Source: Desulfovibrio sp.
Lineage (GTDB): Bacteria; Desulfobacterota; Desulfovibrionia; Desulfovibrionales; Desulfovibrionaceae
Length of the DNA stretch: 64,000 nt
NCBI GenBank assembly: GCA_031553235.1
Contig: JAVBLS010000002.1
Span: 34,375 to 98,374 of the forward strand
Reading direction: 5' to 3'
The notes under the pieces: model-generated
Database searches by the model: none
Seen by the model: the letters and a program-made list of their open reading frames with translations, nothing else
Told to the model about the DNA's origin: nothing
In this document: positions 20,927-31,624 of the stretch, piece after piece
How positions within the stretch are numbered: position 1 is the first letter of the stretch
Layout: the number at the start of each line of letters is the position of its first letter
Made by a program: the position numbers and the translations under genes

Positions 20927-21181
20927 ATGCTCCGCCCCTTTCCCCGACATGGGGCCTGGTACCGCAAACTCTTCTGGTGCCTCTTTTTCTTCATTACCGG
21001 AGGCGGCACGGCCTTTTACGTCCTGCACCTGCTCCGGCCCTCGCGCGACGAGTCCGTGCCCCCGGCCTGGGGCCGGGCGGCCAAGGAAACCTTCCTGCCC
21101 ATGGCCACGCCCCGGCATGATCCACCGGGAGTGCTTGCCCCAAAGCCTTGCGACGACTCCACCACTCCGCCGCAAGCCTGA
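20927..21181 (+). CDS. hypothetical small membrane protein
   Basis: AAGAGGTG SD followed by ATG. One predicted TM helix (LFWCLFFFITGGGTAFYVLHLL). No recognisable family. Confidence 0.25.
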   Translation: MLRPFPRHGAWYRKLFWCLFFFITGGGTAFYVLHLLRPSRDESVPPAWGRAAKETFLPMATPRHDPPGVLAPKPCDDSTTPPQA

Positions 21182-21247
21182 CCGCCGTAAGCCTTCCACC
21201 CCGCACCGGGCCGGGGCCTGTGGTGTCGCGCCGACGTGGCCGTATTC

Positions 21248-21649
21248 CTACAGTCCCGGCAAAAACGTCAGCAGCACGTTGCGCCGGCGCGGGCCGTCGC
21301 CCTCGCACAGGTATACGCCCTGCCAGGTGCCCAGGCAGAGTTTGCCGCCGGATATGGGAATGAGCACTTGCGGGCCGAAAAGCGAGGCCTTGAGGTGGGC
21401 GTCGCTGTTGCCCTCGGAGTGATGAAAACCAGCTTCACGCGGAATGAGCCGGCCCATGAAGCGGGTGATGTCGCCGGCCACGTTCGGGTCGGCGGCCTCG
21501 TTGATGGTCAGCCCGGCCGTGGTGTGCGGGGAATAGACCAGCAGCGCGCCTTCGGCCCAGGCCGGGTTCGCGCCCACCAGGCCGCGCAACTCGTCGGTAA
21601 TATCGCGGAGCTCCTGGCGGGATGCGGTTTGCACTTCCAGCGTATGCAT
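21248..21649 (-). CDS. YjbQ/UPF0047 family protein (secondary thiamine-phosphate synthase-like)
   Basis: ~133 aa with YjbQ-like motifs (LLVYSPHTTAGLTINE, ASLFGPQVLIPI). GGAGG SD before the MHTLEV start. Confidence 0.65.
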   Translation of the reverse strand: MHTLEVQTASRQELRDITDELRGLVGANPAWAEGALLVYSPHTTAGLTINEAADPNVAGDITRFMGRLIPREAGFHHSEGNSDAHLKASLFGPQVLIPISGGKLCLGTWQGVYLCEGDGPRRRNVLLTFLPGL

Positions 21650-21657
21650 ACGACCTC

Positions 21658-22968
21658 CTACCACCCATACGAGTCGGCCACGGCCTCAAGCCTTTGCCGC
21701 GAGGCGGCCAAACGCCTGGCCAGGGCAGCGCCATACCCGGCCGGCACGGGCACACGGGCCACACCGCTCTGCACGGCCGCCTCGGCCACGGTCGGAGCCA
21801 CATATTCGATGTGGCGCAAATCCAGAGCCTTGGGCACGATGTAGTCCGGCCCGAAGAAAAAGCCCGAACAGCCATAAGCCTTACAGACATATTCCGGCAC
21901 AGGCTCCTTCGCCAGGGCGGCCACGGCCCGGGCGGCGGCCAGCTTCATGGCTTCGTTGATCTCGCGGGCCCGCACGTCCAAGGCGCCGCGAAAGATGTAG
22001 GGAAAACCGGAGACATTGTTGATCTGGTTGGGAAAGTCCGAGCGCCCGGTGGCCACAATGGCATCCGGTCGAACGGCCTTGGCCTCGGCATAGCCGATTT
22101 CCGGCACCGGGTTGGCGCAGGCGAAGATGATCGGGTTCCGAGCCATGCCCATGAGCATGGCGGGCGTAACCAGACCGGCACGCGACAACCCGAGAAAGAC
22201 GTCCGCGCCGCGCAGGGCCTCGGCCAGATCGGCAAAGCCCCTGGCGCCAACGAACTCGCGCTTCTCCGGGGTGAGGTCCGCGCGGCCCGCATGAATGTGG
22301 CCCTTGGAGTCGAACATGGCAATGCCCTCGGCCGGCACTCCCATGGCCCGATAGAGACGCGAGCAGGCCACGGCCGCGGCTCCGGCCCCGGCCACGACCA
22401 CGCGCAGGTTTTCGGTTTTTTTGCCGGTGATCTCCAGGGCGTTGAACAGGCCCGCGCCGGAAATGATTGCCGTGCCGTGCTGATCGTCGTGGAACACCGG
22501 AATGTTCATCTCGCGCTTCAGGCGTTCCTCAATGTAGAAACATTCAGGTGATTTGATGTCTTCCAGGTTAATCCCGCCGAAGGTCGGCTCCAGGGCTTTG
22601 ACGATCTCGCAAAAACGCTCCGGATCACGCACGTCCAAATTGATGTCGTAACAGTCGACATCGGCAAAGACCTTGAAGAGCACACCCTTGCCTTCCATGA
22701 CCGGTTTGCCGGCTAGGGGACCGATGTCGCCCAGGCCGAGTACGGCCGTGCCGTTGGACACGACCCCCACAAGGTTGCCCTTGCCGGTATAGGCGTAGGC
22801 GGTCTCGGGGTCTTCCTTGATAGCCAGACAGGCCTCGGCCACGCCGGGGCTGTACGCCAGGGAAAGATCCCGCTGGTCGCGGCAGGGTTTGACGGGCAAA
22901 ACTTCGACCTTACCGGGACGGACGCGGAAGTGGTAATCCAGGGCGTCCTGTTTCGTGAACAAAGCCAT
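21658..22968 (-). CDS. NAD(P)-dependent malic enzyme (malate dehydrogenase, oxaloacetate-decarboxylating)
   Basis: Malic-enzyme N-terminal and NAD-binding domains ([30 protein letters not shown]). 436 aa with no PTA extension. Confidence 0.85.
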   Translation of the reverse strand: MALFTKQDALDYHFRVRPGKVEVLPVKPCRDQRDLSLAYSPGVAEACLAIKEDPETAYAYTGKGNLVGVVSNGTAVLGLGDIGPLAGKPVMEGKGVLFKVFADVDCYDINLDVRDPERFCEIVKALEPTFGGINLEDIKSPECFYIEERLKREMNIPVFHDDQHGTAIISGAGLFNALEITGKKTENLRVVVAGAGAAAVACSRLYRAMGVPAEGIAMFDSKGHIHAGRADLTPEKREFVGARGFADLAEALRGADVFLGLSRAGLVTPAMLMGMARNPIIFACANPVPEIGYAEAKAVRPDAIVATGRSDFPNQINNVSGFPYIFRGALDVRAREINEAMKLAAARAVAALAKEPVPEYVCKAYGCSGFFFGPDYIVPKALDLRHIEYVAPTVAEAAVQSGVARVPVPAGYGAALARRLAASRQRLEAVADSYGW

Positions 22969-23087
22969 TCTTGTCTATCCTTTCTGGATGCTTGTTGTTG
23001 TGTGCTGTTGCCGCGGGCCCACGTGGGGCCGGCCGATCCCGGCGTTGCCGGACATTCCGGCCCTGCGACCGGGAGCTTCGCCCCGCT

Positions 23088-23645
23088 CTACTCCAGTCCC
23101 ACCGCCGCCAGGTCCGGCATGGCCAGGCGGTCGCCGCCGTGGGCATCGTTGATCACCAGCAGGGGCAAATCAATAACGGCAAGCTTCCGGACAGCTTCCG
23201 TTTCCAGTTCTTCGAAGGCAACAACCTCGGCCGCCGTAATGTGGCGGGCAAGCAGAGCCCCGGCTCCGCCCACGGCGCCCAGGTAGACCGCGCCGTGCCG
23301 GCAAAGCGCCTGGCGCACGGCGGCAGAGCGCCGGCCCTTGCCTATGGTGGCCCGAATGCCCAGTGCGTGCAGACGCGGGGCATAGGCATCCATACGGCCG
23401 GCCGTGGTCGGCCCGGCCGCCCCGATGGGCCGGTCTGCGGGGGCGGGCGTGGGCCCGACGTAATAAATGACCGCACCCTCGGGGTCAAAGGGCAGCGGCA
23501 GCCCCTGGTCCAGCAGGGAAATCATGCGCTTGTGGGCGGCGTCGCGGGCGGTGTAGATGGTACCGGAAAGTAAAATCGTTTCGCCGGCCCGCAGCAACAG
23601 GGCATCGGCTTTGGACAGGGGGGCGGAAAGGCGATGGGCGCTCAC
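23088..23645 (-). CDS. class I fumarate hydratase (Fe-S hydro-lyase), beta subunit
   Basis: The tartrate/fumarate Fe-S hydro-lyase beta domain (LLSGTIYTARDAAHKRM). GTG start overlaps the alpha-subunit stop (GTGA) with a GGGAGG SD. Confidence 0.75.
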   Translation of the reverse strand: MSAHRLSAPLSKADALLLRAGETILLSGTIYTARDAAHKRMISLLDQGLPLPFDPEGAVIYYVGPTPAPADRPIGAAGPTTAGRMDAYAPRLHALGIRATIGKGRRSAAVRQALCRHGAVYLGAVGGAGALLARHITAAEVVAFEELETEAVRKLAVIDLPLLVINDAHGGDRLAMPDLAAVGLE

Positions 23646-24475
23646 AGGACCACCTCCCGATGGCGTGAGGAATGGCACTGGATGTTCACGGCCAGGGGCA
23701 GAGAAGCGATGTGGCAGGGGGCCACGGCGATTTTCACGGCCAGAGCCGTGACCGAGCCGCCCAGGCCCATGGGCCCGATGCCGAGTTTGTTGATGTCGGC
23801 CAGAAGCGAGGCTTCCATCTCGGCCTGCCCCGGATCGGGGTTGCGGTCGTCCAGGGGGCGCAGCAGGGCTTTTTTGGCCAGAATGGGGGCAAAGTCAAAG
23901 GTGCCGCCTATGCCCAGACCGACAATCAACGGCGGACAAGGATCGGGGCCCGCTTCGGCCACGCGGCGCAGCACGTACTCGCGAATGCCTGCCCAGCCTT
24001 GGGAGGGCGAGAGCATGACGACGCGCGACTGGTTTTCGCTGCCGCCGCCTTTGGCCAGAAAAGAAATTTTCAGGGTTTCGCCGGGCACCAGGTCGAAATG
24101 AATCACCGCCGGGGTATTGTCGCCGGTGTTCTTGCGACTGAAAGGGTCGCACATGGAGGCGCGCAGGCCGGCGTACCCCCGACGCACTCCGGCGTTGATC
24201 GCGGTCCGCAGACAGCCGCCCTCCAGGCGCAGAGCCTGCCCCAGTTCAATGAAAAACACCGCACCGCCGGTATCCTGGCACAAGGGCAGACCGGTTTCGC
24301 CCGCGGTGTCGGCGTTTTCCAAAAGCTGCCGAAGAATCTCACGCCCGCTCGCAGAGGTCTCGCGTTGCCCGGCCGACCCAAGGGCGGCACGAACGTCGCC
24401 GGGCAAAAAACACGCCGCCGAGCGGCACATGGCGACCACGGCCTCGGTTGCGGCGTCCACATGCAAAATACGCAT
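23642..24475 (-). CDS. class I fumarate hydratase (Fe-S hydro-lyase), alpha subunit
   Basis: N-terminus [17 protein letters not shown] and Cys-containing motifs typical of the FumA/TtdA alpha domain. Start trimmed to Met20 of the ORF. Confidence 0.75.
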   Translation of the reverse strand: MRILHVDAATEAVVAMCRSAACFLPGDVRAALGSAGQRETSASGREILRQLLENADTAGETGLPLCQDTGGAVFFIELGQALRLEGGCLRTAINAGVRRGYAGLRASMCDPFSRKNTGDNTPAVIHFDLVPGETLKISFLAKGGGSENQSRVVMLSPSQGWAGIREYVLRRVAEAGPDPCPPLIVGLGIGGTFDFAPILAKKALLRPLDDRNPDPGQAEMEASLLADINKLGIGPMGLGGSVTALAVKIAVAPCHIASLPLAVNIQCHSSRHREVVL

Positions 24476-24630
24476 CGTCAATCCAGGGTTGGAGTTGCGG
24501 CCGGACATCCCGCCCGGGGCGCAGTCTAGCAAAAATCACCCCGGCCGGCCGGCCCCAATTCTTCCCCCTCCCCGTCGGTAAAACGGAAACGGCGTTATTT
24601 ATTCAAGATTCTGCACATTCTAAATTAGCC

Positions 24631-24684
24631 TTGACATACGAGCATTTCTGGAGGAAAGAGTGGGGAAAAGTGGGAAAAAGTGGG
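24631..24684 (+). promoter_or_regulatory. mraZ promoter region with three phased GTGGG direct repeats (putative MraZ operator)
   Basis: TTGACA at 24631-24636. Downstream are GTGGGgaaaa GTGGGaaaaa GTGGGagcaa, with repeats at 24660, 24670 and 24680, i.e. exactly 10-bp phasing, about 40 bp upstream of the mraZ ATG. Confidence 0.6.
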
Positions 24685-24720
24685 AGCAAATCCCATTGCA
24701 ACCGGGGATGCAAAAGTAAG

Positions 24721-25170
24721 ATGTATTTTCGCGGACGCAGCCGACGCAGCACCGACCCCAAGGGGCGGCTCATGCTGCCCCCGGAATTCCGGGACACCCT
24801 CCTTGCCCGCAGCAGCGAAGGCAAGGTGGTGCTGACCACCTATGACGGCTGCGTGGTGGGCTTTCCCCTGCCCGACTGGGAAGATTTTGAAGATAAGATC
24901 AATCGCATGACCAACCCCACACGGGCCTTGCGCGACTTCCGCCGTCTGGTGGTGGGAGGAGCCGAGAGCCTGATCATCGACGCCCAGGGCCGGGCGCGCC
25001 TTTCCCGTGAACACATGCAGTACGCCGGCATTGAACGCGAGGTTGTCCTCGTGGGACAGGGCCGGCGCTTTGAAATTTGGGCACCGGATCGTCTCGAGCC
25101 GGTGCTGGCCCAGAATTTCGACGATGTGGCCGCCTCACTGGCCGAGACGGGCGTCGACTTCGGATTCTAG
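24721..25170 (+). CDS. mraZ: transcriptional regulator MraZ
   Basis: N-terminus [24 protein letters not shown] and a duplicated SpoVT/AbrB-like fold. First gene of the dcw cluster. Confidence 0.85.
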   Translation: MYFRGRSRRSTDPKGRLMLPPEFRDTLLARSSEGKVVLTTYDGCVVGFPLPDWEDFEDKINRMTNPTRALRDFRRLVVGGAESLIIDAQGRARLSREHMQYAGIEREVVLVGQGRRFEIWAPDRLEPVLAQNFDDVAASLAETGVDFGF

Positions 25171-25171
25171 T

Positions 25172-26224
25172 ATGGGTCGGTCGGTGAAGAAAAAGGCTGC
25201 CGCCGAACGCCGCGAGCGTTTGGAGCGCAGACCCTCCGCTCCTGCGTGCACCTCACCCGCAGTAGCGCTCCACGGACCTGCCGGGCTGCACGTTCCGGTG
25301 CTCGGGCCGGAAACCGTGGAATTTTTCCCCCTGCGCGAGGGCGCGGTTTACCTGGATGGCACCCTCGGCCTGGGCGGGCACGCCTCGCTTCTGCTTGAGC
25401 GGGCCAAAGCGGCCGGCATCGACAGGGTCCGCCTCATCGGCCTGGATCGCGACGCCGAAGCCCTGGCTCTGGCGCGCAAGCGGCTGGCCACCTACGGTGA
25501 GCGGGTGATTACCGTTCACTCCCGGTTTTCGGACTTCACCGCGCTGCCCGTGTTTGCCGGGATCGGCGGGCTGGACGGTGCCCTGGTGGATCTCGGCGTT
25601 TCCTCCCTGCAACTGGACAAGGCCGAGCGCGGTTTCAGTTTCCGCCACAACGGTCCCCTGGACATGCGCATGGACCAAAGTATCGGCCAAAGCGCCGAGG
25701 CCTTGGTGAACAGAGCCCCCCGGGACCGACTGCGCACAATCATCCAGGAATACGGTGAAGACCCCCAGGCGGGGCGCATCGCCGCAGCCATCGAAGACGC
25801 CCGCAGCCGCGCGCCGATCACCGGCACCTTGGAACTGGCCAAGATCGTGGAAGAAGCCTACCCCGCCAAATGGCGGGCCACGGCGCGCAACCACCCGGCC
25901 ACCCGCACCTTCCAGGCTCTGCGCATGGCAGTGAACGAAGAATTGCAGGAGCTTGAACGTTTTTTGCAGGAGGCCGTCGTCGCCCTACGCCCGGGAGGCC
26001 GACTGCTGGTGATTACCTTCCACTCGCTGGAAGACCGCATGGTTAAACATTTTTTTCGGGACCAGGCCGAGCCTTGCCGCTGTATGCCCGGAACTCCCTG
26101 CTCCTGCGGTCGGGTGCCGCGCCTGAAGGTGATCACCAAAAAGGCCGTCGTTCCCACCCCGGAAGAGGTCCGGGGCAACCCCAGAGCCTCGTGCGCCAAG
26201 CTCAGGGTGGCGGAGAAACTGTGA
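25172..26224 (+). CDS. rsmH: 16S rRNA (cytosine1402-N4)-methyltransferase RsmH
   Basis: Motifs HVPVLGPE, LDGTLGLGGHA, FHSLEDRMVK. A basic N-terminal extension precedes the conserved core, so the true start may be internal. Confidence 0.8.
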   Translation: MGRSVKKKAAAERRERLERRPSAPACTSPAVALHGPAGLHVPVLGPETVEFFPLREGAVYLDGTLGLGGHASLLLERAKAAGIDRVRLIGLDRDAEALALARKRLATYGERVITVHSRFSDFTALPVFAGIGGLDGALVDLGVSSLQLDKAERGFSFRHNGPLDMRMDQSIGQSAEALVNRAPRDRLRTIIQEYGEDPQAGRIAAAIEDARSRAPITGTLELAKIVEEAYPAKWRATARNHPATRTFQALRMAVNEELQELERFLQEAVVALRPGGRLLVITFHSLEDRMVKHFFRDQAEPCRCMPGTPCSCGRVPRLKVITKKAVVPTPEEVRGNPRASCAKLRVAEKL

Positions 26225-26598
26225 TGGCGGCGCGTTTCGGCTTTTTGCGCCCGGCCGAGGGCGAAGGCAAGGGACCGGTGCTGGCTCTGCTCCTGTCCCT
26301 GGCCTGCACCGTGGCCTGCGGCATGATGCTGGTTTGGCTGAACATTGAGCGGACCAAGATGGCCTATCACCTGCGGACCTTGGTGCAGGAGGTCGCCGAC
26401 CGCGCCGACATGAACTCCAAGTATCTGGCCGAGCAGGAACATTTGCTTTCACTTTTGCGCGACAAGGCCCCTTCCTTCGGTCTGCATGCTCCCAAGCCCG
26501 GCCAGACCCGACGGATCGACAAAGACTCGGATCTGCCGGCCCGGCAGGCCCCCATTCCCGAAGGCCCCGGCGGTGCGGCCCCCGAGGAGGGAAACTAG
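26224..26598 (+). CDS. ftsL: cell division protein FtsL
   Basis: Small bitopic protein with one TM helix then a coiled-coil, in the canonical position between rsmH and ftsI. ATG overlaps the rsmH stop (TGATG). Confidence 0.6.
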   Translation: MAARFGFLRPAEGEGKGPVLALLLSLACTVACGMMLVWLNIERTKMAYHLRTLVQEVADRADMNSKYLAEQEHLLSLLRDKAPSFGLHAPKPGQTRRIDKDSDLPARQAPIPEGPGGAAPEEGN

Positions 26599-26601
26599 AG
26601 C

Positions 26602-28659
26602 ATGCTGCCTCGCCACCCCCCCCGCCCCACCCGCAACCGGCGCCTGAGACCGACGCCCCGGCCTTCCAAGCCGAGCGCCGCGCCGTCGGTCTTTGCCAAA
26701 GTGGACTGGATGCGCGCCCGGCTGCTGGCCGTGGGCGCCGTGCTTTTGCTTTTGCTCGGGGCGCTCTGGGCCAGAGCCTATTACATTCAGATTATCCGAG
26801 GGCCGGAACTGGCGGCCATTGCCGAGCGGCAATATGCCACACGCGAGGTTATTCAGGGCACCAGAGGTCGGATTCTCGACCGCAACGGTTATATCCTGGC
26901 CCTAAGCGTCGAGGGTAAATCAATCTGGGCCAACCCGGCCGAGGTTATCGATCCGGTCAAGACCGCCGCCGTACTTTCCAAGCAGTTGGGCCTGCCTGCC
27001 GCGCGCATTGCGGCGGCTCTGCAAAAAGACCGCCGCTTTGTCTGGCTGGCCCGCAAGGTCAATGAAAAGACCGCCGCGGGCGTCAAGGCCGAAAACCTGC
27101 CCGGCGTCCACTTGACCAAAGAAAACGAACGCGTCTACCCCAACGGACATCTGGCCGGACAGTTGCTCGGCTTCGTCAACGTGGACGACGACGGCCTGGA
27201 CGGCATGGAAAAAGCCATGAACGGCCGGCTGGCCGGCAGGCGCTACTCCGCTCCCCTGCAACGTGACGCGGCCGGGCGCCGGCTCTCCCTCAACGGTCTG
27301 GACGAAGCTCCGCTGCTCAACGGAGAAGACGTGCGCCTGACCATTGACTCGCAGATTCAGTACTTTGCCGAGGACGCCCTGGCCGAGTATGTGGAAAAAT
27401 ACGGGGCCAAATGGGGCGGCTGCCTGGTGGTGGATGTGCCCTCGGGCGAGATTCTGGCCTGGGCCCAATTTCCCTTTTTCGACCCCAATCGCTACAAGGA
27501 TTTTTCCGAAAAAATCCGGCGCAACCGTCTGTGCGGCGACGCTCTGGAGCAGGGTTCGACCATCAAATCGTTCCTCATAGCCGCCGCCCTGCAGGAAAAG
27601 GTCATCACCCCGGATACGGTGATCAACTGCTCCAAGGGCCAGTGGAAACTCGGCAAATTTACCATACACGACACCCATGCCTATGCCGATCTCACGGTGG
27701 GAAAAATTCTGCACGTATCCAGCAACATCGGCGCAGCCAAGATCGGCCTGAAGCTCGGAGCCGAGAAATACCGCTCCTATCTCTCCCGTCTTGGCTTCGG
27801 CGAGCGCTCCGGCCTGCCCCTGGTCGGCGAGGAGGTCGGCATCCTGCGCCCGGCCCGCAGGTGGCAGGAGATCGATCTGGCCACATCCTCGTTCGGGCAG
27901 AGCTTTTCCGCCACCTTGGTACAAATGGCCGGGGCCTATCTCTGCCTGGCGGGCGACGGCGTGCGCCGGCCCCTGATGTTGATCAAGGGCGAAGAGCCCG
28001 CCCGACCGAACGTGCAGATCTTCTCCCCGGACACCATGCACCAGGTACGGGCCATGCTGCGCGAGGTGGTTGAAGAAGAAGGCGGCACCGGCGCGCAGGC
28101 CCGCATCCCCGGCATGATTGTGGGCGGCAAGACCGGTACGGCCCAAAAGGCCGATTCTTCCGGCCGTTACGGCTCCGGCCGGGTTGGCTCGTTCGTCGGT
28201 CTGGTGCCGGGCTCGAACCCCCGCTACCTGATCTGCGTGCTCCTGGATGAGCCCACCAAGAGCCAGTATGGCGGTGTGGTCGCGGCCCCGGTGTTCCGCC
28301 AGGTGGCTCTGCAGACAATGGCCTACCACGGGCTGCTGCCCGACAGCGATGACCCCCTGGTGCTGGCCGCGGCGGCCAAAGAGGCCGGGCGCAGAAGCTC
28401 CCGTAAACTTGCCGAGGCCGGACCTGCTTCCGAGCAGCCTGCCGCTCCCGCGCCCGTCCCGATGTATACCGGCGACGGCGTGCCCGCGGTGGTGGGCCTG
28501 GACGTGCAACAGGCCGTGCGTGAATTCGCCCGTTTCGGGGCCGTGCCGGCCATCAACGATCAGGGCGGCCTCGTTATACGGCAAGAACCCGCAGCCGGCG
28601 CTCCCTGGCCGGCAGACAAAAGCAAATGCGCCATCTGGCTGGGGGAGCGCGCCCTATGA
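26602..28659 (+). CDS. ftsI: peptidoglycan D,D-transpeptidase FtsI (PBP3)
   Basis: PBP dimerisation plus transpeptidase domains (STIKS, SSN, KTGT motifs: GSTIKSF, HVSSNIG, GKTGTAQ). Confidence 0.9.
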   Translation: MLPRHPPRPTRNRRLRPTPRPSKPSAAPSVFAKVDWMRARLLAVGAVLLLLLGALWARAYYIQIIRGPELAAIAERQYATREVIQGTRGRILDRNGYILALSVEGKSIWANPAEVIDPVKTAAVLSKQLGLPAARIAAALQKDRRFVWLARKVNEKTAAGVKAENLPGVHLTKENERVYPNGHLAGQLLGFVNVDDDGLDGMEKAMNGRLAGRRYSAPLQRDAAGRRLSLNGLDEAPLLNGEDVRLTIDSQIQYFAEDALAEYVEKYGAKWGGCLVVDVPSGEILAWAQFPFFDPNRYKDFSEKIRRNRLCGDALEQGSTIKSFLIAAALQEKVITPDTVINCSKGQWKLGKFTIHDTHAYADLTVGKILHVSSNIGAAKIGLKLGAEKYRSYLSRLGFGERSGLPLVGEEVGILRPARRWQEIDLATSSFGQSFSATLVQMAGAYLCLAGDGVRRPLMLIKGEEPARPNVQIFSPDTMHQVRAMLREVVEEEGGTGAQARIPGMIVGGKTGTAQKADSSGRYGSGRVGSFVGLVPGSNPRYLICVLLDEPTKSQYGGVVAAPVFRQVALQTMAYHGLLPDSDDPLVLAAAAKEAGRRSSRKLAEAGPASEQPAAPAPVPMYTGDGVPAVVGLDVQQAVREFARFGAVPAINDQGGLVIRQEPAAGAPWPADKSKCAIWLGERAL

Positions 28660-30152
28660 TTCGCGGCCTGGAAGAAGTTTTGCAACTCGCCCGCAACGGC
28701 GTGCCCGTGGCGGCCCACTCCGGGGCCGCGACACCCGGCGGTATTTTCGTGGTCATGCCCGCCGCCGCGCCGGACAACGGCAACGGCAGGCCCGGCGGCG
28801 AAGTATGGCTGGCCGATGTCCTGGCCAAGGGCACCGGGGTAATCGTTTACGAGGAGCGCCATCTGCCCGCCCTGGAGACGGCCGACCCCCAGGGTCGCGC
28901 CGACCGCTGCCCAGTGTCGGCCTCGCGCACCGCCCTGGCGCAATTGGCCCGGGCCTTTTACGGCACCGAGCGGAACATGCCGCAGGTGGTCGGCATCACC
29001 GGCACCAACGGCAAAACCACGGTCAGCTATCTGTTGGAGCGACTCTTTACTGCCGCAGGCCGCAAGGTCGGGGTCATCGGCACGGTGGAATATCGCCGGC
29101 CGGGGCACCGCGAGCCGGCCTCTCTGACCACTCCCGGTTGCCTGGAACTGCATCGCCTGCTGGCCGACATGGCCGGGCACGGTGTGGATCTTGTGGTCAT
29201 GGAAACGGCCTCGCACGCCTTGGATCAGGAGCGCGTGGCCGGCATCGATTTCGCCGCCGGAGTGCTGACCAACGTCACCCAGGATCACCTGGATTACCAC
29301 GGTGACATGGAGACCTACTTCCAGACCAAGGCCCGGCTCTTCCGCGATCCCGAAGCCGGCGGAGTGCCCCTGGCCGGCAAAGCCAAAATCATCAATGGGG
29401 ACGATTCCTTTGGCCGGCGCTTGATCACGGAGCTCCCCGACGCCCTGGGCTTCGGTTTGAACACCGAAGCCGTATCGAGCGACCGGGCGCTGCGCGGGCA
29501 GATTCTCGCCCTGTCTCCCGCAGGCCTGCATCTGTCCATGAGCTTTACCGGACAAAGCTGGGAACTGCGTTCCCCCCTGGTGGGGGCCTTCAACGCCTCC
29601 AACCTCCTGGCCGCCCAAGGCGTGGGCCTGGCCCTGGGGCTGGCCCCCGCCGACTTTGCCGCCCTGGAAGACTTTGCCGGCGTGTCCGGCAGGCTGGAAC
29701 GAGTGGCCAACGGCAAGGGCGTACACGCCTTTGTGGATTACGCCCATACCCCGGACGCCCTGACCAACGTGCTCACGGCCCTGCGCGCGGCGGGCTTCGC
29801 CCGCGTGGTCACGGTCTTCGGCTGCGGCGGCAATCGCGATCGCGGCAAACGCCCGCTCATGGGCCGGGCCGTGGCCGCCCTTTCGGACGTGGCCGTGCTG
29901 ACCTCCGACAACCCCAGGCACGAGGAGCCCGAGGCGATCATGGCCGACGTGCTGCCCGGCCTGGACGGCTGCCCAAAAGTGATTGCCGAACCGGATCGGC
30001 GCGCGGCCATTGCCGCCGCCCTCAAGCTGGTGGGACCGGACGACGCCCTGCTCGTGGCCGGCAAGGGGCACGAGGCCTACCAGCAGATCGGCGACCGCAA
30101 GATTCCCTTCAGCGACCAGGACGTTTTACGGGAGTTGCTCCAATGCGCCTGA
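28656..30152 (+). CDS. murE: UDP-N-acetylmuramoyl-L-alanyl-D-glutamate--2,6-diaminopimelate ligase
   Basis: Mur ligase P-loop GITGTNGKTT and DNPR motif (DNPRHEEP). ATGA overlap with ftsI. Confidence 0.9.
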   Translation: MIRGLEEVLQLARNGVPVAAHSGAATPGGIFVVMPAAAPDNGNGRPGGEVWLADVLAKGTGVIVYEERHLPALETADPQGRADRCPVSASRTALAQLARAFYGTERNMPQVVGITGTNGKTTVSYLLERLFTAAGRKVGVIGTVEYRRPGHREPASLTTPGCLELHRLLADMAGHGVDLVVMETASHALDQERVAGIDFAAGVLTNVTQDHLDYHGDMETYFQTKARLFRDPEAGGVPLAGKAKIINGDDSFGRRLITELPDALGFGLNTEAVSSDRALRGQILALSPAGLHLSMSFTGQSWELRSPLVGAFNASNLLAAQGVGLALGLAPADFAALEDFAGVSGRLERVANGKGVHAFVDYAHTPDALTNVLTALRAAGFARVVTVFGCGGNRDRGKRPLMGRAVAALSDVAVLTSDNPRHEEPEAIMADVLPGLDGCPKVIAEPDRRAAIAAALKLVGPDDALLVAGKGHEAYQQIGDRKIPFSDQDVLRELLQCA

Positions 30153-31624
30153 CCCTGTTTGAGATTTCCCAGGTGCTCGGCTGCGGGCCGGACAACGTGT
30201 TGGTCGACGGTATGGCCACGGTCGGCAACGCCTCCCGATTGGAACAAGCCCCCTGGGCCCGGGTTCTGCCCTCGGGGGCCCAGACCGATAGCCGACTTGT
30301 CGGCCCCGGCGACATCTTTTTCTGCCTCAAGGGCGAACGCGTGGACGGCCACGACTTTGCCGGCATCGCGGCCGCGGCCGGAGCCTGCGCCGTGGTGGCC
30401 GAACATCCGCCCTTTGCCGAGGCCGCCCCCACGCTGCCGATCTTCCTGGTGCCCGACACCATGCGCGCCCTGGCCCGGCTGGCCTTTTGTCACCGCGAGA
30501 GCGGCGCGGCCCGGGTGGTGGGCATCACCGGCTCGGCGGGCAAAACCTCGGTCAAGGAGGTTTTGGCCCACATCCTTTCCATGCGCGGCGAAACGGCCCG
30601 CAACCATATGAACCTGAACAACCGCATCGGCCTGCCCCTGAGCATGCTCAATGCCTCGGCAGAGGCTTCCTTCTGGGTACTTGAGGCCGGCATCAGCGAA
30701 CCGGGCGACATGGACGAACTGGGCGACATTCTGCGCCCGGACTTCGGGCTGGTACTCAACGCCGGAGCGGCCCATTCCCTCGGCCTGGGCGACAAGGGCA
30801 CGGCGCACTACAAAGCCAGGCTGCTGCGCTACGTGCAGCCTTTGGGCAAGGCCTTTATCTGCGCCGACTACCCGGACCTGGTCCGTGAGGTCGGTGAACT
30901 TTCGCCCAAACCCTCCGAGCGCGGCATCGAGATCAACTGGTTCAGCGGCGCCGGGCACCCTCAGGCCATGTGTACGGCCCGCTATCTGGGTTCCTTCTCC
31001 GCCACCCAAGGGCGTTTTCTGGTGGAAACCGAAGACCGCGAATGCCTGATCTATGCCCCATTCCGAGGCGCCTACGGGGCGGAAAACGTGGCCGCCTGCT
31101 TTGCCGTGGCCCGACGCGCCGGGCTTTCCTTTGAAGAAATCGCCCAGGGCTTTGCCGGCGCGGAATTACCTGCCCAGCGTTTTTGCCTGATCCGTAAGGA
31201 CAACTGCCTGATCATCGATGATTCGTACAACTCCAATCCCCTCTCGGCCGGCAGGATGATCGAGGCCGCGGCCGACCTGGCCCAGGAAGGAGAGCGCCCT
31301 CTATTTTTGGTCATGGGCGAGATGCTCGAACTTGGCGACATTGCCGAACAGGCCCATGAAACTCTGGGACGGCAGATGGCCGCCGTCCACCCCCATTGCG
31401 TGTTCTGGAAAGGCGGCATGGCCGAAGCCGTGCGTCGCGGCCTGAAACTTGGCGAATACAAAGGCCCGTTCTACCCGGTGGCCGGCGGGCAGGAATTTTC
31501 CGGCCTGCTGGAAGAAATCCACTTCCGCGGCGGGGTCATTCTGGTCAAAGGCTCGCGCGGCAACAAACTTGAACGGCTGGTGGAAGTGCTCGACAACTCT
31601 TCCGCTCCGGCCGGGGGAATCTGA
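30143..31624 (+). CDS. murF: UDP-N-acetylmuramoyl-tripeptide--D-alanyl-D-alanine ligase
   Basis: Mur ligase P-loop [10 protein letters not shown] in the canonical dcw position. Overlaps the murE end. Confidence 0.9.
   Translation: MRLTLFEISQVLGCGPDNVLVDGMATVGNASRLEQAPWARVLPSGAQTDSRLVGPGDIFFCLKGERVDGHDFAGIAAAAGACAVVAEHPPFAEAAPTLPIFLVPDTMRALARLAFCHRESGAARVVGITGSAGKTSVKEVLAHILSMRGETARNHMNLNNRIGLPLSMLNASAEASFWVLEAGISEPGDMDELGDILRPDFGLVLNAGAAHSLGLGDKGTAHYKARLLRYVQPLGKAFICADYPDLVREVGELSPKPSERGIEINWFSGAGHPQAMCTARYLGSFSATQGRFLVETEDRECLIYAPFRGAYGAENVAACFAVARRAGLSFEEIAQGFAGAELPAQRFCLIRKDNCLIIDDSYNSNPLSAGRMIEAAADLAQEGERPLFLVMGEMLELGDIAEQAHETLGRQMAAVHPHCVFWKGGMAEAVRRGLKLGEYKGPFYPVAGGQEFSGLLEEIHFRGGVILVKGSRGNKLERLVEVLDNSSAPAGGI

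Noticed and set aside
23015-23030. Near-palindrome GGCCCACGTGGGGCC between the malic enzyme and fumarase genes
   Set aside because: A single occurrence, imperfect, with no accompanying promoter element; insufficient to call a regulatory site.
26920-30071. Long minus-strand ORFs 26920..28584 and 28560..30071
   Set aside because: They mirror ftsI and murE, which have unambiguous PBP and Mur-ligase motifs on the + strand. These are a high-GC antisense artefact.
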